Assembly: GCA_002269645.1 (NCBI GenBank)
Contig: NIVC01000200.1
Span: 644,543-708,542, forward strand
Reading direction: 5' to 3'
Source: Macrostomum lignano
Taxonomy: Eukaryota
Length of the DNA stretch: 64,000 nucleotides
The notes under the pieces were generated by a model. The model had not been told where the DNA came from. It saw only the letters and a program-made list of their open reading frames with translations, and did no database searches. Shown here piece by piece: positions 59,351-64,000 of the stretch. The translations under genes and the position numbers were made by a program. The stretch's first letter is position 1. Each line of letters opens with the position of its first letter.

Positions 59351-61617
59351 GGAAGAAAATTAAAAAAAAAGGAAAGATGCAAATGCCTCAGTATAGGCGC
59401 TTCCGACTTTAATGCCGAATATATATTTTCAAGGATAAGTGACACAGCTTCACCTGAGCACTAGACAAGGCACGCACTCGTACATGTGCAGTAAAACATT
59501 ACACAAACACTTTAGCTTAGATAGTTCGAAGAATATTTTTAATGAAATGAGTAGATTTGAAATAACTTGACTTAAAAAATCCAAGAAATAAAGTAGCTAG
59601 GTTACAAATCAATTATTAATTAATAGTACCTAGGTCACAGCACACAAAACAAGGATATAAGTAAAAGTACATATAAATAGTACCATTCATTCCTAGATAA
59701 TAATTTATCGCTAGCTAAAACAAGCATAAACAACAACGAAAATGAAAATGAAGTTTTCTTTAATGAAAAAGCTCACTTTGTACACAAATTAATTTTATAT
59801 AATTCTGCTAGTCACAGGTACAAGGTAGATGAAATGCAAAAAAATCATAAGACGAGAAATAACTGTATATGTAGGTTTGAAAATAGTAAATGAGCAAATC
59901 AATATTATGTTAAATTATAAGTGCAAATTATGTTCAAGTACGATGAAAAAAATATAATAAATATAGCTTTTGTCAGACAAGTTACTAGATAATAAATAAA
60001 ACCAAGGGAGAGAGAGAGAGAGAGTCGATGAGAGGTTGTTGCTGGCATCCTTCTTGATGTTGATGCTGTCTATGGCCGAACTTGGTTGTTTGGTTGTTTT
60101 TTTCGACTATGTCTATGTGCAAGACCAAATAATCTAATGCTGCCAAACAGAAATTCTTAACTTGGTTGGGCTTAACTTATCAACTTATCAAAAGCTTCGC
60201 CACAGACAGTCGTTTGTCAACGGAACGATTAGTCAAGATAATATCATTTACAGAAACTTGAACTGATTCTAGCTGATTGATTTACGAGTAAAAAGCTTTC
60301 ATATTCAACATTATGGGAGGAAAACCAAATACGCGAAACGCAAAACGTTGAGCTACATATCGTCATTGTTAGTCAGGAAAAAATCTAATCAAAGATGACA
60401 GTCTTCGCATTCGCGAGTGAAACTCTTAACTCTTGCAAAGTGCAGAGTTGGAAAAGCTTTACGATCGGTGACGTCGAATTCTGTAACGCAGGAATCGCGA
60501 ATGGAGCTTCTGCAAGTTATTTGAGATATTGTTGCGATTTTTATTGTTCCACTTTTTATATACTATTTGTACTACTAGCAATTTATAATCAGTAGCAAAG
60601 TGTGAAAACGTTTTAATGGGTAGATTAGTTTAGTTTAAATCTCAGCTAAACTCCCTAAATCCAAAAACATTGAGTGTGTAAAGATGTCTAATAAATGCCA
60701 GAGCCGCTGTGAACCTTGTGACAGTGTCTAAGTGTCTCAGAGCCACCTAATTGACATTTAGAACATTTTGAGAACCATATTTAATGTAACAAATTGTATA
60801 AAAATTAGTATTTCGTCTACCACAATCTCAATCAGTCTGAAGCAAGTGCTTCCAATTAACAAGAAGCGGTCTCAGTTCGTGAAGACGAAAGGCTGCAAAA
60901 GAATCAATCGACTGGAGATATCGATTTTGTTTCGTTGGCTGCTTTACAGAGACTTGAACAATATTGAGTTGCGTAGAACTAATTTGTATTCCGACTAACC
61001 ACATGTAAATCCAGTTTTAAGATACAACTCCAAGAGAGAAGGAAAAAAATCACAAAAAATCTAGTAGATTATATTGGTAAATTAGCACTTTTTCTTAGAA
61101 TTTTATAAGCTGCTGAGCCGCAGAGAGTATAAGTATGCGGAAGTAGTTAAAACTATTGTTAAAGACTTTTAAAGAATATCCAACAAAATGTCGATAAAAA
61201 CGATTGATTTTTTTTATGATTCGAATCTTCGCCTGGGAGATTCTAGCATATGTATACGCTCTAAAGTAGTTTGGATAAAATAGGGAATAGAAAAAGGGGA
61301 ATCTGGCAGCGCTAGTCTAGCGTAACAGTTATTGGCTGCAGCCTAGAAACCGACTGTTAACCACAAATTCAGCAGTATGCGCTGCCAAAAGCCAGCCAAT
61401 AGCGGCCTGTCTGCAGTTGACCTAGATCCACCGAAACTTCTAGAGCTAATAAAAATCCTAACCAAGAAGAGGCTGATAAGGATTTTTTAAAACTATATTG
61501 TTTTGCTCTAGTTTTTAATTCACCAAGGCCACTCTGTCAAGGTTGATATTACACAAAAGAAGGCATGTTCAAGTTTGCTTGACTTTTCTGTAGCACTGTC
61601 GACTCTCGAAAGCTCAG

Positions 61618-63638
61618 ATGGATCGGGACCTAAACAAGAGCAGCGACCGGTACAGACGTCGTGTACTGTTTGCCAACATACACAGCTTTGCCAGTAGGAC
61701 ATCAGCTCATGGTCTTAGTAGATTCTTCTCTCAGCAGATACCTTGGCTGAGACTACTATGGATAGTAGTTGTAATGGGCGCGCTTACAGGACTGACAATG
61801 CACACTTACAAGCAGATTAGTCTGTTTCGCGACTATCCAGTGTCCAGCACAACCCGGCTACTAACTAACAAGTTCACATTTCCAGACGTGACAATATGCG
61901 ATCCGTTAATGAAAAAGTTTCTACGCAAACAGTCGAGCGATTTGCGGCGCAGCAACGAGTCGATATTGAACTATTTCGTGCTCAGCTACATGATGGCTAT
62001 GCAATTTGCCAATAATAAAAACAGCAATCAATCAGACGAGGCCATCTCGGTGCAAGCAACAAAGATGGCCTACGCCAGCTTCGAACACGCGGTGCACACT
62101 TGGCCAATTTTCAACATGACCGAAGTGAGCGCTAGAATGCTAGACATGCTAGTCTTCTGCCAATACAATCAGGAAACTTGCAGCGAAAAAGACTTCAAAG
62201 TGTTTTATCATCGCGACTACGGCAACTGCTTTTCATTCAAGCCGCACAACAGGCTGATGAAGTCCAGTGGAGTTGAAAAAGGCTTAGTATTAGTCCTCTA
62301 CAGCCCGAGCGTTGACCATATTCAGAACAATGACTGGTACAGCAATATTGTTACTACTGGACTAGAGACAGGCGGACTCAGAGTTGTGGTCCATCAGAAA
62401 GTAAATTATGATATATTTATTTTTTTCAACTCGTACATAGACAGCAATAGTAATTAAATAATATCTTTCATTTTAACAGGACACGATCCCGTATCCAAGC
62501 GAGTACGGCATCAACTCGCCAAGCGGTATGCAAACTGTGCTGGCTCTGAACCAGGTGCAAACTAGTCTGGCTAATACGCCAACAAAACAATGCGAGCCAA
62601 GGACCAGATTCCATGCTTACGATCACATTTTAGGGTGAGTAGGCGATAGGTGAGAAAAAACGTGAAAATGACTTTCCATGGTAATTTTCACTATTAACCC
62701 AATGAAAATTCTTCGTTTAAAAGCCTCACACTACAAGACTTTTAATGAAATGGTATTTAGCATCTTTGCAATGTTACTCTAAGCAAATATCGATTGAGTT
62801 TCTAATTTTCGCATTTGCTTATTACAGAAACACACAGAGCTACGAGAAGCAATTAACCGACTGCACAACATTTGAGCACATGAAGCGAGTCAGAGACAAG
62901 TGCAACTGCACCATAGAAGGCCCGGTACCAACGGAAACTTACGGAAGCGGCGAGCGACGAATCAATTTTTGTCACGACATTATGGGCGCTCAAAATCCCG
63001 AGAGAACGATTAAGCTGATAAAAAATATGGTGGAATTTCTGAGAAAGAATCGAAACGATTTAATAAACCCTCGCAATAATCAATTGAACATGCTAGCCTA
63101 CAATAACCTGCCAATGCACGAGAAGCAAGCCATCTCAGCAGCTTTAGAGCACGAGTTTCACAATGAGGTCAAACAAAGGTTAAAAAGTCTTCGCTGCGCA
63201 CTGCCCGAGCTTAGGTCTGGTCGCAGCCAGTCCAAGTGCCTCAACATGTGCAAGTACACAACGTACGACTTCTCAGTGTTTCAAAGCCGTTGGCCCGACC
63301 TCAGCCTAGAGATTCGGGTGCCAATATAAGACTAGCAAGAATTGCTCAAATGTTAAAAAATCGAGTGGACAGCTTGAACAGGAATATAACAAACAATCAC
63401 GCGCTTAATCACTCGATTGCGTCACATAATTTAAATCTTAGTCACTGCATGGTGAATGAGCTCAATCTGAAGAGCAACAAGTTTAGAAACGATACTTATT
63501 GCAACCAGGTGCACAACATTATCAGACAGTGCTTCCTGCAGTTGCGCGTGTACCCGAAGACGCTCACTGTCAGACAACTGTTTGAGGAAAGAAGCTACGA
63601 ATTGGTGAATCTATTCTCTGATTTAGGCGGAATCATGG
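61618..63638 (+). CDS. DEG/ENaC (ASIC/FaNaC-like) channel, 5' partial; exons 61618-62400, 62480-62634, 62828-63638; apparent 1-bp frameshift near 63305
   Basis: TSAHG, TM1, FPDVTIC, YGNCFSF, GLVLVL, GLRVVVH, CNC, and terminal SYELVNLFSDLGGIMG|GTAAGC. The last exon(s) are not in the window. Confidence 0.88.
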
Positions 63639-63829
63639 GTAAGCAAAGCCACTTGCAGCACTGAATTGGTGTCAGGAAATAAGGGCAATTATTTTTTTGG
63701 TAGATTGATTTAAATACAGCCTGTACAGGAAGTAAAATTTAAAATGTCTACGGTGGTTTAAGGGCGAACAACGATTGATAGCTTATTGGAGTTTTGATTA
63801 TAGTGATAAGGGGTGTTTTCATATCTCCA

Positions 63830-64000
63830 CCGGCCCTTCTTTCATGTTTCCGGCACTTCATATCTCCGACACTGCATATCTCCGACACAGTTCATATCTC
63901 CGACATTTTATGTCTTCGACACTTTATGTCTCATCATTTCATATCTCCGATAGCCCCTCTTTCATATTTCCGACACTTCAATCTCTGACAGTTCATATCT
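63830..64000. repeat. Degenerate CATATCTCCGACAC repeat in a DEG/ENaC intron
   Basis: Direct; truncated by the window end. Confidence 0.8.

Noticed and set aside
58634-59445. Apparent long N-terminal extension of PYM
   Set aside because: Made of 53-bp repeats with no ATG; the conserved protein starts at 58634.

Overview
Eukaryotic, intron-rich and repeat-rich animal DNA with GT-AG introns; no prokaryotic genes and no CRISPR array. The dense 17-53 bp minisatellites and low-complexity Q/A/P proteins suggest a flatworm such as Macrostomum (inference only). The first ~21 kb holds two tandem paralogs of an intronless, divergent TRP(V)-like channel. Copy 1 is frameshifted; copy 2 is intact. Around and between them is a nest of mobile DNA: a solo LTR with a proven empty site, a full-length degenerate BEL/Pao retrotransposon, two internally deleted Tc1 elements, a P-superfamily THAP transposon with TIRs and 8-bp TSD, a piggyBac remnant, an orphan LTR with a tRNA-Lys PBS, and two copies of a minimal hammerhead ribozyme. 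The rest carries a Ly6/quiver-like GPI protein, an unidentified low-complexity gene, and a 21-exon adhesion GPCR (EGF-pentraxin-HRM-GAIN-7TM) whose GPS lacks the cleavage residues. It also carries an intronless non-cholinergic Cys-loop channel nested in a GPCR intron, PYM, and a DEG/ENaC channel that runs off the window. The most striking structural pattern is that most introns are filled by their own private tandem array, leaving short unique margins at the splice sites. Exon models were built by hand; isolated 1-bp frameshifts may be assembly errors.
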